Source: Clostridiales bacterium
Lineage (GTDB): Bacteria > Bacillota > Clostridia > Oscillospirales > Acutalibacteraceae
Direction of reading: 5' to 3'
Length of the DNA stretch: 51,316 nt
Assembly (NCBI GenBank): GCA_022791355.1
Contig: JAAVYX010000089.1
Span: forward strand, 1-51,316
The translations under genes and the position numbers were made by a program. How positions within the stretch are numbered: the stretch's first letter is position 1; every line of letters begins with the position of its first letter. Shown here one piece after another: positions 25,872 to 34,897 of this stretch. The notes beneath the pieces are model-generated. The model worked only from the letters and a program-made list of their open reading frames with translations, did not search any database and had not been told where the DNA came from.

Positions 25872-27983
25872 ATGAAACGTGCTTTCGGCAATATTATTTC
25901 TCTGATGGTAGTCGTCATCGTTTTGTTTTTGATTATTCCCATTCCGCCCGCTTTATTGGACGTCTTATTGATCATCAACATTGGGCTCTCCGTTTTGATC
26001 CTCATGATCACCATGAACATCTCGGAGCCGCTGCAATTTTCTATATTTCCCTCTTTGCTGCTGATTACAACCCTGTTCCGTCTGGGAATGAACGTCTCCA
26101 GTACGCGGCTGATCCTTTCCAACGGCGGCAACGCGGGTTCGGTTATCAAGGCCTTCGGCAGCCTGATTACCAGCGGCAATATTGTAATCGGCGTCGTGAT
26201 TTTCCTGATTATCGTTTTGGTGCAGTTTATCGTTATTTCCAAAGGCGCCGAACGTGTGGCCGAGGTGGCCGCGCGGTTTACCCTGGACGCGATGCCTGGA
26301 AAACAAATGGCTATCGACGCGGACCTTTCTTCCGGCTTAATCAACGAAGAGGAAGCCAAGAATCGCCGCTATAAAATACAAAAGGAAGCCGACTTCTACG
26401 GCTCCATGGACGGCGCTACAAAGATTGTGAAGGGCGACGCCATCATGTCGCTGATCATCACCCTGATCAACTTTGTGGGCGGCGTTCTGATCGGCATGAT
26501 GAACGGTCAGGGCGATTTTACCCAGATTATGAATACCTATTCTATCGCCACGGTCGGCGACGGTCTGGTGTCCCAGATCCCCGCCCTGCTGATCTCTACC
26601 GCAACCGGTATGGTGGTAACCCGCGCCGTTTCGGACGACAGTTTGAACAAGGACGTCATCCGGCAGTTCAAAGCTCAGCCCAGAGCCATCCTTTCCACAG
26701 GTCTGGCGCTCTTTTTCTTGGCCGCCATACCCAATACGCCGCATCTGCCCCTGATTCTCTGCGGCTCCATGCTGGTGATTCTCGGTCTGGTGCTCAACCG
26801 CCGCTTGCAGCGGACCCGTCTGGCGGAGGAACTGGCGGCCGAGCAGGGAGCCAATGAAACCGCCGCCGCCGAGCTCCCCAGCGAGAGCGATTATTATAAG
26901 GACATCAACAACGTCTATTCGCTGCTGACGGTGGAACCCATCGAGATGGAGTTTGGCTACAGCCTGATTCCGCTGGTGGACGAAGCCCACGGCGGCCGGC
27001 TGATTAACCGTATTGTCATTTTCCGGCGGCAGTATGCGCAGGATATGGGCTTTGTAGTCCCCTCCATCCGGCTGCACGACTCCTCTTCCTTAGGAACCAA
27101 CCAGTACGTGGTGCGGATTAAGGGCGAAGAGGTGGCCCGAGGCGAAATCCTGGTGGACTATTATCTGGCCCTCGAGCCGGCCAGTCCTTTGGGAGAAATC
27201 GACGGTATCGAAACGGTCGAGCCGGCCTACGGCATTCCGTCCCGTTGGATCCTGCCTGAAAACAAAGAGGTGGCGGAAATTTACGGGTATACCGTCATCG
27301 ATCCCTTGTCGGTCATGCTGACCCACTTGTCTGAAACTATAAAAAGGCATACCTATGAGCTGCTCAATCGCGCCGAAACCATTTCGCTGGTAGAAAATCT
27401 GAAAAAGACTTCCCCGGAGCTGGTGGAGGAGGCCGTTCCCAATATCGTATCCTACTCCATGCTGGAAAAAATCCTGCGCAGCCTTTTGAAAGAGGGCGTG
27501 CCCATCAAGGACCTGGGAACCATCTTGGAGGTTTCGGCCGACTCGCTGAATCACGGACGGGACGTGGATATGACGGTGGAGCAGATCCGCGCCGCCTTGA
27601 GCAGAACCATCACACGCCGTTTCTGCGAGGACGGGCAGCTTAGGGTCATCACGTTGGATGCGGAAGTGGAAAAGAAAATCATCTCCTCCATTACCCGCAA
27701 CGAGCAGGGCGTGTATCTGGCTCTGGGCCCTGAGATTATGCAGCAGCTGATCGCCCAGATGACCCAGCACTTGAAAAAGTTTAACGATCTGTCCCAGATT
27801 CCGATTATCCTCGTCAGCCAGGTTATCAGAGGCTACTTCAGTAAGATGATTATGCAGTTTTTCCCCAACGTTTACGTACTGGCCTTCAATGAGATTACGA
27901 ATAATGTGCAGATACAGGCTTTGGGCAACATCACATTAGACGCCTCCGGGGCCTTTGACCAGCAGATGGGGGTGAGCGTATGA
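25872..27983 (+). CDS. flhA: Flagellar export gate protein FlhA
   Basis: 703 aa with an N-terminal polytopic domain, conserved VGDGLVSQIPALLISTATGMVVTR, and a large cytoplasmic C-terminal domain. Confidence 0.95.
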   Translation: MKRAFGNIISLMVVVIVLFLIIPIPPALLDVLLIINIGLSVLILMITMNISEPLQFSIFPSLLLITTLFRLGMNVSSTRLILSNGGNAGSVIKAFGSLITSGNIVIGVVIFLIIVLVQFIVISKGAERVAEVAARFTLDAMPGKQMAIDADLSSGLINEEEAKNRRYKIQKEADFYGSMDGATKIVKGDAIMSLIITLINFVGGVLIGMMNGQGDFTQIMNTYSIATVGDGLVSQIPALLISTATGMVVTRAVSDDSLNKDVIRQFKAQPRAILSTGLALFFLAAIPNTPHLPLILCGSMLVILGLVLNRRLQRTRLAEELAAEQGANETAAAELPSESDYYKDINNVYSLLTVEPIEMEFGYSLIPLVDEAHGGRLINRIVIFRRQYAQDMGFVVPSIRLHDSSSLGTNQYVVRIKGEEVARGEILVDYYLALEPASPLGEIDGIETVEPAYGIPSRWILPENKEVAEIYGYTVIDPLSVMLTHLSETIKRHTYELLNRAETISLVENLKKTSPELVEEAVPNIVSYSMLEKILRSLLKEGVPIKDLGTILEVSADSLNHGRDVDMTVEQIRAALSRTITRRFCEDGQLRVITLDAEVEKKIISSITRNEQGVYLALGPEIMQQLIAQMTQHLKKFNDLSQIPIILVSQVIRGYFSKMIMQFFPNVYVLAFNEITNNVQIQALGNITLDASGAFDQQMGVSV

Positions 27984-28846
27984 GTCAGGCGCAGACTGCG
28001 GCGAAGGACCCGGCGGCCAGAAGCTGGAACGCTTTTCAAACCGAGACCGACGCTATGGACACCCAAGAGCTGCTAGACGCTTACCGGACCACCGGCGATG
28101 AGAATTATAAATGGGCTCTTGTGCTCAGGTATAGAAATTCGATTGAAAAGGTCGCCCTGCAGGCCAAGGGAATTTACAGCCATTTCGTCCAGGTCGACGA
28201 TGTGATCAGCGAGGGCGTTTTGACCCTGTTGAGCGCCATCGACAAATACGACCCGGAAAAGGGCGCACGATTTGACACCTATGTTTCCAGGCGGATTCGC
28301 GGCATGATCATCGACATGGCGCGCAAACAGGATTGGCTGCCGCGAAGCCTGCGCAAACGGACAAAAGAGATCAATGTGGCGGTTACCGAGCTGTATAATG
28401 AGCTCAACCGTTATCCCAACGAGACCGAGATCGCGGAAAAATTAGGTATTACCCCGGAAAAGTATCAAAAGGAAGCCGCTGCGATTGCCTTAGGAAACGT
28501 TCTTTCCCTGGACGCTATGCTCGATATGTCCAGGGAAGACAGCGGCGCCCTGGAAATTCCGACCAAGGATGCGACTGGACAGCCTGAAGCGGCCTTGCAG
28601 GAGCTGGAGTTTCGCCAGATTCTGGCCGATGGAATACGAAGGCTGAAAAAAAACGAGCAAATTGTGCTTTCTCTTTATTATGAAAAAGATTTACATATGA
28701 AAGAGATCGCGCAGGTCATGGAAATCAGCGCACCGCGGGTTTCGCAGATCCATGCCGGCGCGATAGAAAAGCTGCAGGACTATATGAGAGCATACCTTCA
28801 TGAGACCGATTCCGCTCTGCGCGACAAAAAACGAAAGAAGGAATGA
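27980..28846 (+). CDS. sigD: Flagellar sigma-28 factor (FliA/SigD/WhiG family)
   Basis: Region 2 LLSAIDKYDPEKGARFDTYVSRRIRGMIIDMARKQDWLPR. Region 4 LSLYYEKDLHMKEIAQVMEISAPRVSQIHAGAIEKL. ATGA overlap with the flhA stop. Confidence 0.88.
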   Translation: MSQAQTAAKDPAARSWNAFQTETDAMDTQELLDAYRTTGDENYKWALVLRYRNSIEKVALQAKGIYSHFVQVDDVISEGVLTLLSAIDKYDPEKGARFDTYVSRRIRGMIIDMARKQDWLPRSLRKRTKEINVAVTELYNELNRYPNETEIAEKLGITPEKYQKEAAAIALGNVLSLDAMLDMSREDSGALEIPTKDATGQPEAALQELEFRQILADGIRRLKKNEQIVLSLYYEKDLHMKEIAQVMEISAPRVSQIHAGAIEKLQDYMRAYLHETDSALRDKKRKKE

Positions 28847-29601
28847 CGATGTACAAGGGCTTTTATAATTTGACCTCGGGCATGCTTACCCAACAGCGCA
28901 ATCTGAACGTGGTGGCCAACAACCTTACCAATGTTTCCACCGCCGGCTTTAAGTCCAATACATACACCTCCAGTACTTTTGACGACGTGATGTATTCCCG
29001 GGCAGGCAACAAATATAAAAACTATCAGGATATCGGCCGGCAGAGCTATATGCGCGGCACCAGCCAAACCTACACCGACTATACCCAGGGCGCGCCCGAG
29101 CCCACCGGCATCAACCTGGATTTCGCCATTGAGGGACAGGGCTTTTTCGCTGTGCAGCGCGCCGATGGCGGCGTGGCCTATACCCGGGCTGGCAGCTTTT
29201 CCCTGGACGACGAGGGTTATCTCTGGCTGGGAGGCTACGGTCAGGTTTTGGATCGGAACGGTAGTCCCATCTGGCTGGGGACCGATAAAATCGCGGGCGA
29301 CCAGTATGGCAATATCTACACCCAGGACGGCAATTTCTTGGCCCAGCTGGGCGTGTATGACTTTGATGATTATGAGCAGCAGCTAGAGTACAATCAGCAG
29401 GGGCTTTTTGACGGAACCGGCGCCCGGCCGGCCGAGAATTACATTATTCATTGGCAGTATTTGGAGCGATCCAACACGGATATGGTCAGCGAGATGACCG
29501 AGATGATCGGCGTGCAACGGGCTCTGCAAAGCGCGGCGGAGGTCGCCAGGATCTACGACGCGCTGATGACCAAGGCCACTACCGATATCGGACGTCTGTA
29601 A
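28843..29601 (+). CDS. flgF: Flagellar basal-body rod protein (FlgF/FlhO-like)
   Basis: GFYNLTSGMLTQQRNLNVVANNLTNVSTAGFK at the N-terminus and VSEMTEMIGVQRALQSAAEV at the C-terminus. Overlaps the sigD stop. Confidence 0.85.
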   Translation: MTMYKGFYNLTSGMLTQQRNLNVVANNLTNVSTAGFKSNTYTSSTFDDVMYSRAGNKYKNYQDIGRQSYMRGTSQTYTDYTQGAPEPTGINLDFAIEGQGFFAVQRADGGVAYTRAGSFSLDDEGYLWLGGYGQVLDRNGSPIWLGTDKIAGDQYGNIYTQDGNFLAQLGVYDFDDYEQQLEYNQQGLFDGTGARPAENYIIHWQYLERSNTDMVSEMTEMIGVQRALQSAAEVARIYDALMTKATTDIGRL

Positions 29602-29628
29602 AGCTGTAAAGAAACGGGGGAATAGGAA

Positions 29629-30375
29629 ATGGATCAGTCCTTTTATATTGGAGCCGTAGGAGCTTCGCAGCAAATGAAAAGGATGCAGGTGCAGGGAAAT
29701 AACATCGCGAATATCAACACCTATGGCTTTAAAGCGGAAAAAGCCCGGTTTACCTCCCTGTTTTATCAGAACATGGCGGCCATCGAGCAGCCTGAGGTTC
29801 CTTACGGCGTCGGCGCACGCCTGCTGATGACCTCTACCGATTCCGCCCAGGGCGGCGTGGTCACCACCGGGCGGTACCAGGATTATATGATCGACGGCGA
29901 CGGCTTTTTTGCCGTGCTGGACGGGGATACGAACACCGTATCCTTCACCCGCAACGGCGCCTTTTCGGTGAACGACCTTTTAAGGCCGACCGGCGAGACC
30001 GACGAAAACGGAAATCCCGTAATCGAAAAGGTCTGGGTTCTGACCGACCGGCAGGGACGGTTCGTGCTGGGCAACGACGGCAATATTATCGAGGTGGCCG
30101 ACCAAACCGCCATGCAGCCGGTGGGTATTTTCGACTTTGAAAACTATGACGGCATCGCCCATATCAACGGCACCCGCTTTTTGCCGGTGGATAAAAACGG
30201 CGACGCGGCCCTGGGAACGGGCCAGCTGATACAGGGCGTGCTGGAGTCCTCCAACGTGGATCTGGCGGAGGAAATCACGAAGGTGATCGAGTCCCAGCGG
30301 GCCTACGGCGCGGCTCTGAAAATGGTGCAGACTTCCGATGAAATCGAGAACACCATCAACAATCTGCGGGCATAA
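29629..30375 (+). CDS. flgG: Flagellar distal rod protein FlgG (FlhP-like)
   Basis: FYIGAVGASQQMKRMQVQGNNIANINTYGFK and LAEEITKVIESQRAYGAALKMVQTSDEI. Confidence 0.88.
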   Translation: MDQSFYIGAVGASQQMKRMQVQGNNIANINTYGFKAEKARFTSLFYQNMAAIEQPEVPYGVGARLLMTSTDSAQGGVVTTGRYQDYMIDGDGFFAVLDGDTNTVSFTRNGAFSVNDLLRPTGETDENGNPVIEKVWVLTDRQGRFVLGNDGNIIEVADQTAMQPVGIFDFENYDGIAHINGTRFLPVDKNGDAALGTGQLIQGVLESSNVDLAEEITKVIESQRAYGAALKMVQTSDEIENTINNLRA

Positions 30376-30391
30376 CGGGGAGGGATAAAGG

Positions 30392-31021
30392 TTGAACCTG
30401 AAGGGCTATGACGAGCTGAATTCCCTGGAAATTGATACGTTGCAGGAAATTGGCAGCATCGGCACGGGCAACGCGGCCACGGCGCTTTCACAGCTGCTCA
30501 ACTGCGAGGTCCGCATTACCACGCCCGAAGTACGGATTATGGGCTATAACGAGGCCATCGAATGGATCGGCGGCGCGGAGGAAATCACCGCGGGGGTCCT
30601 GGTCCGGCTGGGCGGAAAGATAAACGGCATCATGCTGGCGGTGCAAAAGCTGGATTTTGTCAATCAGGTGCTGCAAAGCATGATGGATATGCAGGTCGAG
30701 GACTATATAGGGCTGGGAGAAATGGAACGTTCGGCCCTCATCGAGGTAGGCAATATCATGATCTCGACCTTTATCAACGCGTTGAGCGGGCTGGCCGATC
30801 TGGAAATCGATTTGACGGTTCCGGCCTTTACGGTCGACATGCAAGGCGCGATTATGGCGGTTCCTATGGCGGAGTACGGCGGACAATCCGATTATATTAT
30901 GACAATCGGAGGCAACTTTTTATGTAACGGAAATCAAGTTCCTTGCCGGCTCTTACTTTCGCCGGATATCCGTTCACTGAATTTTTTGCTGGGGAAGCTG
31001 GGCGTTAGCGATGGGGAATAA
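30392..31021 (+). CDS. cheC: CheY-P phosphatase CheC
   Basis: TTG start after GGGGAGGGA. EIDTLQEIGSIGTGNAATALSQLL is a first site with Ser at the Asn position. An intact second site SALIEVGN-x22-P is present. Confidence 0.85.
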   Translation: MNLKGYDELNSLEIDTLQEIGSIGTGNAATALSQLLNCEVRITTPEVRIMGYNEAIEWIGGAEEITAGVLVRLGGKINGIMLAVQKLDFVNQVLQSMMDMQVEDYIGLGEMERSALIEVGNIMISTFINALSGLADLEIDLTVPAFTVDMQGAIMAVPMAEYGGQSDYIMTIGGNFLCNGNQVPCRLLLSPDIRSLNFLLGKLGVSDGE

Positions 31022-31487
31022 ATTGATTATTGGAATTGCCGATATGAAGTTGGCACAGAAGGAAGGTATGCTTATCACCTATGCGCTGGGTTCTTGTATC
31101 GGCATTTGTCTATATGATCCGCTGGTGAAATTGGGGGGGTTGCTTCATATTATGCTCCCTTTGAATATGGAGACCGGGCGGAAAAACACCTTGAAATATG
31201 CCGACACTGGTCTTAGCGAGATGGTCAGGCAGATGACGCTCAAAGGGGCGAATACGTCCAGACTGACTGCGAAAATCGCAGGCGGCGCCAAAATGTTTGA
31301 GAGCAACGGCAACTGGGGCAACATTGGCCAGCGCAATATCGAAAGCGTACATATGCAGCTGAAAAAGCACGGAATCAAGCTGTTGAAGGAAGACGTGGGG
31401 GGAACGGTGGCCAGGACGCTGCTCTTCGACGTATCCAACGGTATGGCCTGTATCCGGTCTTACGGAAAGCCGGAATTGATTATTTAG
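31011..31487 (+). CDS. cheD: Chemoreceptor glutamine deamidase CheD
   Basis: ITYALGSCIGICLYDPLVKLGGLLHIMLP carries the catalytic Cys/His context. Overlaps the cheC stop. Confidence 0.9.
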   Translation: MGNKLIIGIADMKLAQKEGMLITYALGSCIGICLYDPLVKLGGLLHIMLPLNMETGRKNTLKYADTGLSEMVRQMTLKGANTSRLTAKIAGGAKMFESNGNWGNIGQRNIESVHMQLKKHGIKLLKEDVGGTVARTLLFDVSNGMACIRSYGKPELII

Positions 31488-31542
31488 AGCTACAGACCCG
31501 CGGGTCACCTATACATTCCATTCACAGAGGGGGAAATCAAAC

Positions 31543-32466
31543 ATGTTGGAAGACGATAAAAAAGGCATCTTGTTGGAATCCGGGACCAACGAAATTGAAA
31601 TCATGGAGTTTACGATTGACAATAATCTCTATGGGATCAATGTGGCCAAGGTACGCGAAATTATGATGTCTGAGCCGGTCAAGGCTATGCCCCACGCGCA
31701 TCCGGCGGTGGAAGGTATTTTCAAGCCGCGGGACATTGTGCTCACTGTGGTGAATCTCCCGAAATATCTCAACGGGGTTGAGGGGGGAAAAGCGGAAAAA
31801 GATCTGTTCATCGTCACGAATTTCAATAAAATGTACGTGGCTTTCCGTGTGCATACGGTGGTGGGAATCAGCCGTATTTCCTGGAAGGATATCCAAAAAC
31901 CCGACGATACGGTATCGGGCGGCGAGGAAAGCGTCGCGACCGGTATCGCCCAGTGCGGCGACGATTTGGTAACGATTTTGGACTTTGAACGGATCGTGGC
32001 CGAAATCGCGCCGCAGACGACCATCCAGATTTCGGAAATCGAAAAGATGGGATATCGCGAATGCCGCGAAATGCCGGTATTTGTAGCGGAGGATTCTATC
32101 TTACTGACTAAGATGATCGAAGAAGCGCTGCATAAATCGGGCTATATCAACGTGCGGCTATTCTCCAACGGCCAGGACCTGTGGGACGCTTTGACAGCCG
32201 CTAAGCGCAATGGAAATATTAGGAACACCTGCTCCATTGTGATCACCGACCTGGAAATGCCCCAGATGGACGGGCATCGCCTGACCAAACTGATCAAAAG
32301 CGATGCCGAGCTCAAGGAACTCCCGGTGATTATATTCTCGTCCCTGATCACGGAGGAAATGCGGGTGAAGGGAAAAGAGCTGGGGGCGGACGAGCAGCTC
32401 AGCAAGCCCGAGATCGCGCATCTGGTCAACGTGATGGATCACCTTCTCACAGGCAAGCCGGCTTAA
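31543..32466 (+). CDS. cheV: Chemotaxis coupling protein CheV (CheW domain plus receiver domain)
   Basis: N-terminal CheW-like domain (EIEIMEFTIDNNLYGINVAKVREI). C-terminal REC domain (VFVAEDSILL...IVITDLEMPQMDG...SKP). Confidence 0.88.
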   Translation: MLEDDKKGILLESGTNEIEIMEFTIDNNLYGINVAKVREIMMSEPVKAMPHAHPAVEGIFKPRDIVLTVVNLPKYLNGVEGGKAEKDLFIVTNFNKMYVAFRVHTVVGISRISWKDIQKPDDTVSGGEESVATGIAQCGDDLVTILDFERIVAEIAPQTTIQISEIEKMGYRECREMPVFVAEDSILLTKMIEEALHKSGYINVRLFSNGQDLWDALTAAKRNGNIRNTCSIVITDLEMPQMDGHRLTKLIKSDAELKELPVIIFSSLITEEMRVKGKELGADEQLSKPEIAHLVNVMDHLLTGKPA

Positions 32467-32491
32467 AATCGACAGATAGGGGGAGACGCTC

Positions 32492-33778
32492 ATGGGCAGC
32501 AAGTATATTATGAAGCAGCCGATTAAGGACCCTAAGGGGGCGATTATTGGCCATGAGATATTGTACCATGGAGAGAATCAGGCTTTCAGCGGAGAGGACC
32601 CAAGCACCGCCAATGACTTTGCCGCGGCCGATACGATTTACAACTTTTTGACCCAAAACACCGCCAAAGCGCTGAAGGGCTCTCTGAACTTTATGACCTT
32701 TACCACCACGCTTCTGATGAAGAAAACGCCGCGGCTGTTTGCCAAATCGGAGCTGGTCATTCAGATTGACGACAGCGTGATTATTCATCCCCTGTCCATG
32801 CATTTTGTACAGCAATATGCAAAGGAAGGCTACAAAATCGCGGTGAACGAATTTCAGTTTTCGCCGCGGTATCTGGGCCTGATGGATAGTATCGACTATA
32901 TTAAGATCAACAGCAAAACCACCAATGATCTCACCATGCGCAATATCATTGAGATCGCGCACAGCATGAACAAAAAATGCATTGTGACGGATATTGACTC
33001 TGAAGAACGGTATCAAAGAGCTGTCTCTATGGATGCGGACGCGATGGAGGGAACCTATGTGGCCGAGATTATGACGGCCAAGGTCCATTCCAGCGCGTAC
33101 CTGCAAAGCAACTTCTTCCGTCTAATGGTAGCCGTTACGCGGGACGAACCCAATGTGGAAGAAATCGAGCAGCTCATCAGTACCGACGTCAGCCTGAGCT
33201 ACGGTCTGCTCAAGATGGCCAACTCGGTTTATTTCGCCCTCCGTCACCGCGCTACCACCATTCACCAGGCGGTTATGACCCTGGGTCTGGGCCAGCTCAA
33301 GCAGTGGATTTATCTGCTTAGCACCAGCGGCACCGACAATACCATCGACGCCGGAACAGAGGAATTTTTGAAGCTTTCCTTTATGCGGGCCAACTTTGCC
33401 AGCGAATTGATGGCTTACGCCAAAGATATGCCCATTTCCAAGTCGGAAGCATATCTGATGGGCATGTTCTCCACCCTCAATTATTTAATTGACGCGCCTA
33501 TGGAGGAGATCCTGGGAGAAGTGGTTGTGGCGGACGAGATCCGGGAAGCTCTGTTGCACAAAACCGGCCGCTGCGGCCAGCTGTACGACCTGATTCTTAG
33601 CTATGAGGCGGCGGACTGGGAGAAAATTACCAGTCTGGCTGCGGAGCTTGGCATTCCGGACCAGTATCTGACCAACGTGTATTTCGTGTGTATGGATAAT
33701 GTGAATACCCTTTGGGAACAGCTGACCAACGCTTACAGCACGGGAGAGGACGATACCGCTTCCGATGAACAGGTGTAA
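32492..33778 (+). CDS. EAL-like (apparently degenerate) plus HDOD domain signalling protein (COG3434/YuxH-like architecture)
   Basis: N-terminal QPIKD...GHEILYH EAL-fold start. C-terminal HDOD pattern LSYGLLKMANSVYFALRHRATTIHQAVMTLGLGQLKQWI. Last gene of the + strand operon. Confidence 0.7.
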   Translation: MGSKYIMKQPIKDPKGAIIGHEILYHGENQAFSGEDPSTANDFAAADTIYNFLTQNTAKALKGSLNFMTFTTTLLMKKTPRLFAKSELVIQIDDSVIIHPLSMHFVQQYAKEGYKIAVNEFQFSPRYLGLMDSIDYIKINSKTTNDLTMRNIIEIAHSMNKKCIVTDIDSEERYQRAVSMDADAMEGTYVAEIMTAKVHSSAYLQSNFFRLMVAVTRDEPNVEEIEQLISTDVSLSYGLLKMANSVYFALRHRATTIHQAVMTLGLGQLKQWIYLLSTSGTDNTIDAGTEEFLKLSFMRANFASELMAYAKDMPISKSEAYLMGMFSTLNYLIDAPMEEILGEVVVADEIREALLHKTGRCGQLYDLILSYEAADWEKITSLAAELGIPDQYLTNVYFVCMDNVNTLWEQLTNAYSTGEDDTASDEQV

Positions 33779-33822
33779 TTCAAGAATTATGCGGCTGGGT
33801 TCTGTTTTTAAACAGACGAAAT

Positions 33823-33853
33823 AAAGGCGCGGCGAAAGCCGCGCCTTTATTCG
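33823..33853 (+). terminator. Rho-independent terminator ending the fla/che operon
   Basis: AAAGGCGCGGC-GAAA-GCCGCGCCTTT, an 11-bp stem with a GNRA loop, followed by ATT. It is A-rich upstream, so it could act in both directions. Confidence 0.8.
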
Positions 33854-33888
33854 CAAAAAATGGCCGACAGCTCAACATATCGGCCATA
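33854..33888 (-). terminator. Rho-independent terminator of the minus-strand parA-comFB pair
   Basis: On the minus strand, ATGGCCGA-(12 nt)-TCGGCCAT is followed by TTTTTT. Confidence 0.65.
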
Positions 33889-33949
33889 AATAACATATAG
33901 TGATAAAAGAACACGGCCCCATCTGCGGCTGAAAAAGCCGGCATAAGGC

Positions 33950-34879
33950 TTATTGCTCATGCAGGGGATTGTCCATAACGATTTTACAGGCGCGTAGAAT
34001 CTGCGCGGTTACTTCGGCATGGTATCGTTCGTTATAAATGATAACCCGAGGATTGCGTTCGTTTTCCGGCGCTACGATATACTTGGGAACGAGATTATTC
34101 AAAGCGATGGCCTTCACATCCGCCACGCATTTGGGACAGTCGCACAGGCCGAACATTTTGATATATCGGCCGGCGCTGTCTTCCACCAGGGCCTGCATGA
34201 TGTTGATATAGCTTGTATCTGGCGCCGGGGGCTCTGCGGCGGGAACAGGCTGGGCGGCAGGCGCCGGCGGCTGTTCGGCCTGTACAGGCGGCGCGGGCTC
34301 TGATTGCGGCTGTCCTGCCGGCGCGGCCGGCGGGACGGCAGAATCTTCCGCTTCCAGGACAGCGGCTGGCGGTTGGGATGCGGGCATAGAAGCGGCGGCC
34401 GTTTGAGTTTCTTGCTGGACCTCTTGGACCGCGGGCTGCTGCGCGTCAGGAATGGCGGCGGCTTCCGTCTCGGGTTGCGGGGGAATTTCCTGCTCAGTGA
34501 AGAGAGCGGCCTCCTCGGGCTTGGCGGAGACGGGTTCCGGTGCGGAAAGCGTCTCCGGCGGCTCAGGTTCGGAGATGGGCGCAGAGGCGTTTTCCGCCTG
34601 TTCCATTTCCTCCTGGGACAGGGCCGGCTCGTCTTCCAGCAAATCCTCTAAAGCGTCTTTGATTTGCGAGGTAATTTCCAAGTCGGAGGGCAGGGAGGGG
34701 ACAATGGCTTGGGGCGCGGTAGGAACAGGGGCTGCGCCGCCCGTCGTTTGAGCCGCCGCTTCCTGCGATTCGGCCTGCGCGGCGGCTTGGTCCGCTCCGT
34801 CCGCCTCCTTATAGTTTTTACTGATCAGATTCATCACATGGGCCGTTTTGCTGGTGTTGATTACTTTCTTTTTCGCCAT
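33950..34879 (-). CDS. ComFB-domain protein with an N-terminal basic peptide and a ~190-aa Pro/Ala/Glu/Gln-rich disordered linker
   Basis: MAKKKVINTSKTAHVMNLISK at the N-terminus, then low-complexity sequence. The C-terminal ~85 aa (YINIMQALVEDSAGRYIKMFGLCDCPKCVADVKAIALNNLVPKYIV) match the ComFB CxCxxC...ALN.LPP.Y pattern. Confidence 0.7.
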   Translation of the reverse strand: MAKKKVINTSKTAHVMNLISKNYKEADGADQAAAQAESQEAAAQTTGGAAPVPTAPQAIVPSLPSDLEITSQIKDALEDLLEDEPALSQEEMEQAENASAPISEPEPPETLSAPEPVSAKPEEAALFTEQEIPPQPETEAAAIPDAQQPAVQEVQQETQTAAASMPASQPPAAVLEAEDSAVPPAAPAGQPQSEPAPPVQAEQPPAPAAQPVPAAEPPAPDTSYINIMQALVEDSAGRYIKMFGLCDCPKCVADVKAIALNNLVPKYIVAPENERNPRVIIYNERYHAEVTAQILRACKIVMDNPLHEQ

Positions 34880-34897
34880 GGTAACATTCCTTTTCTT

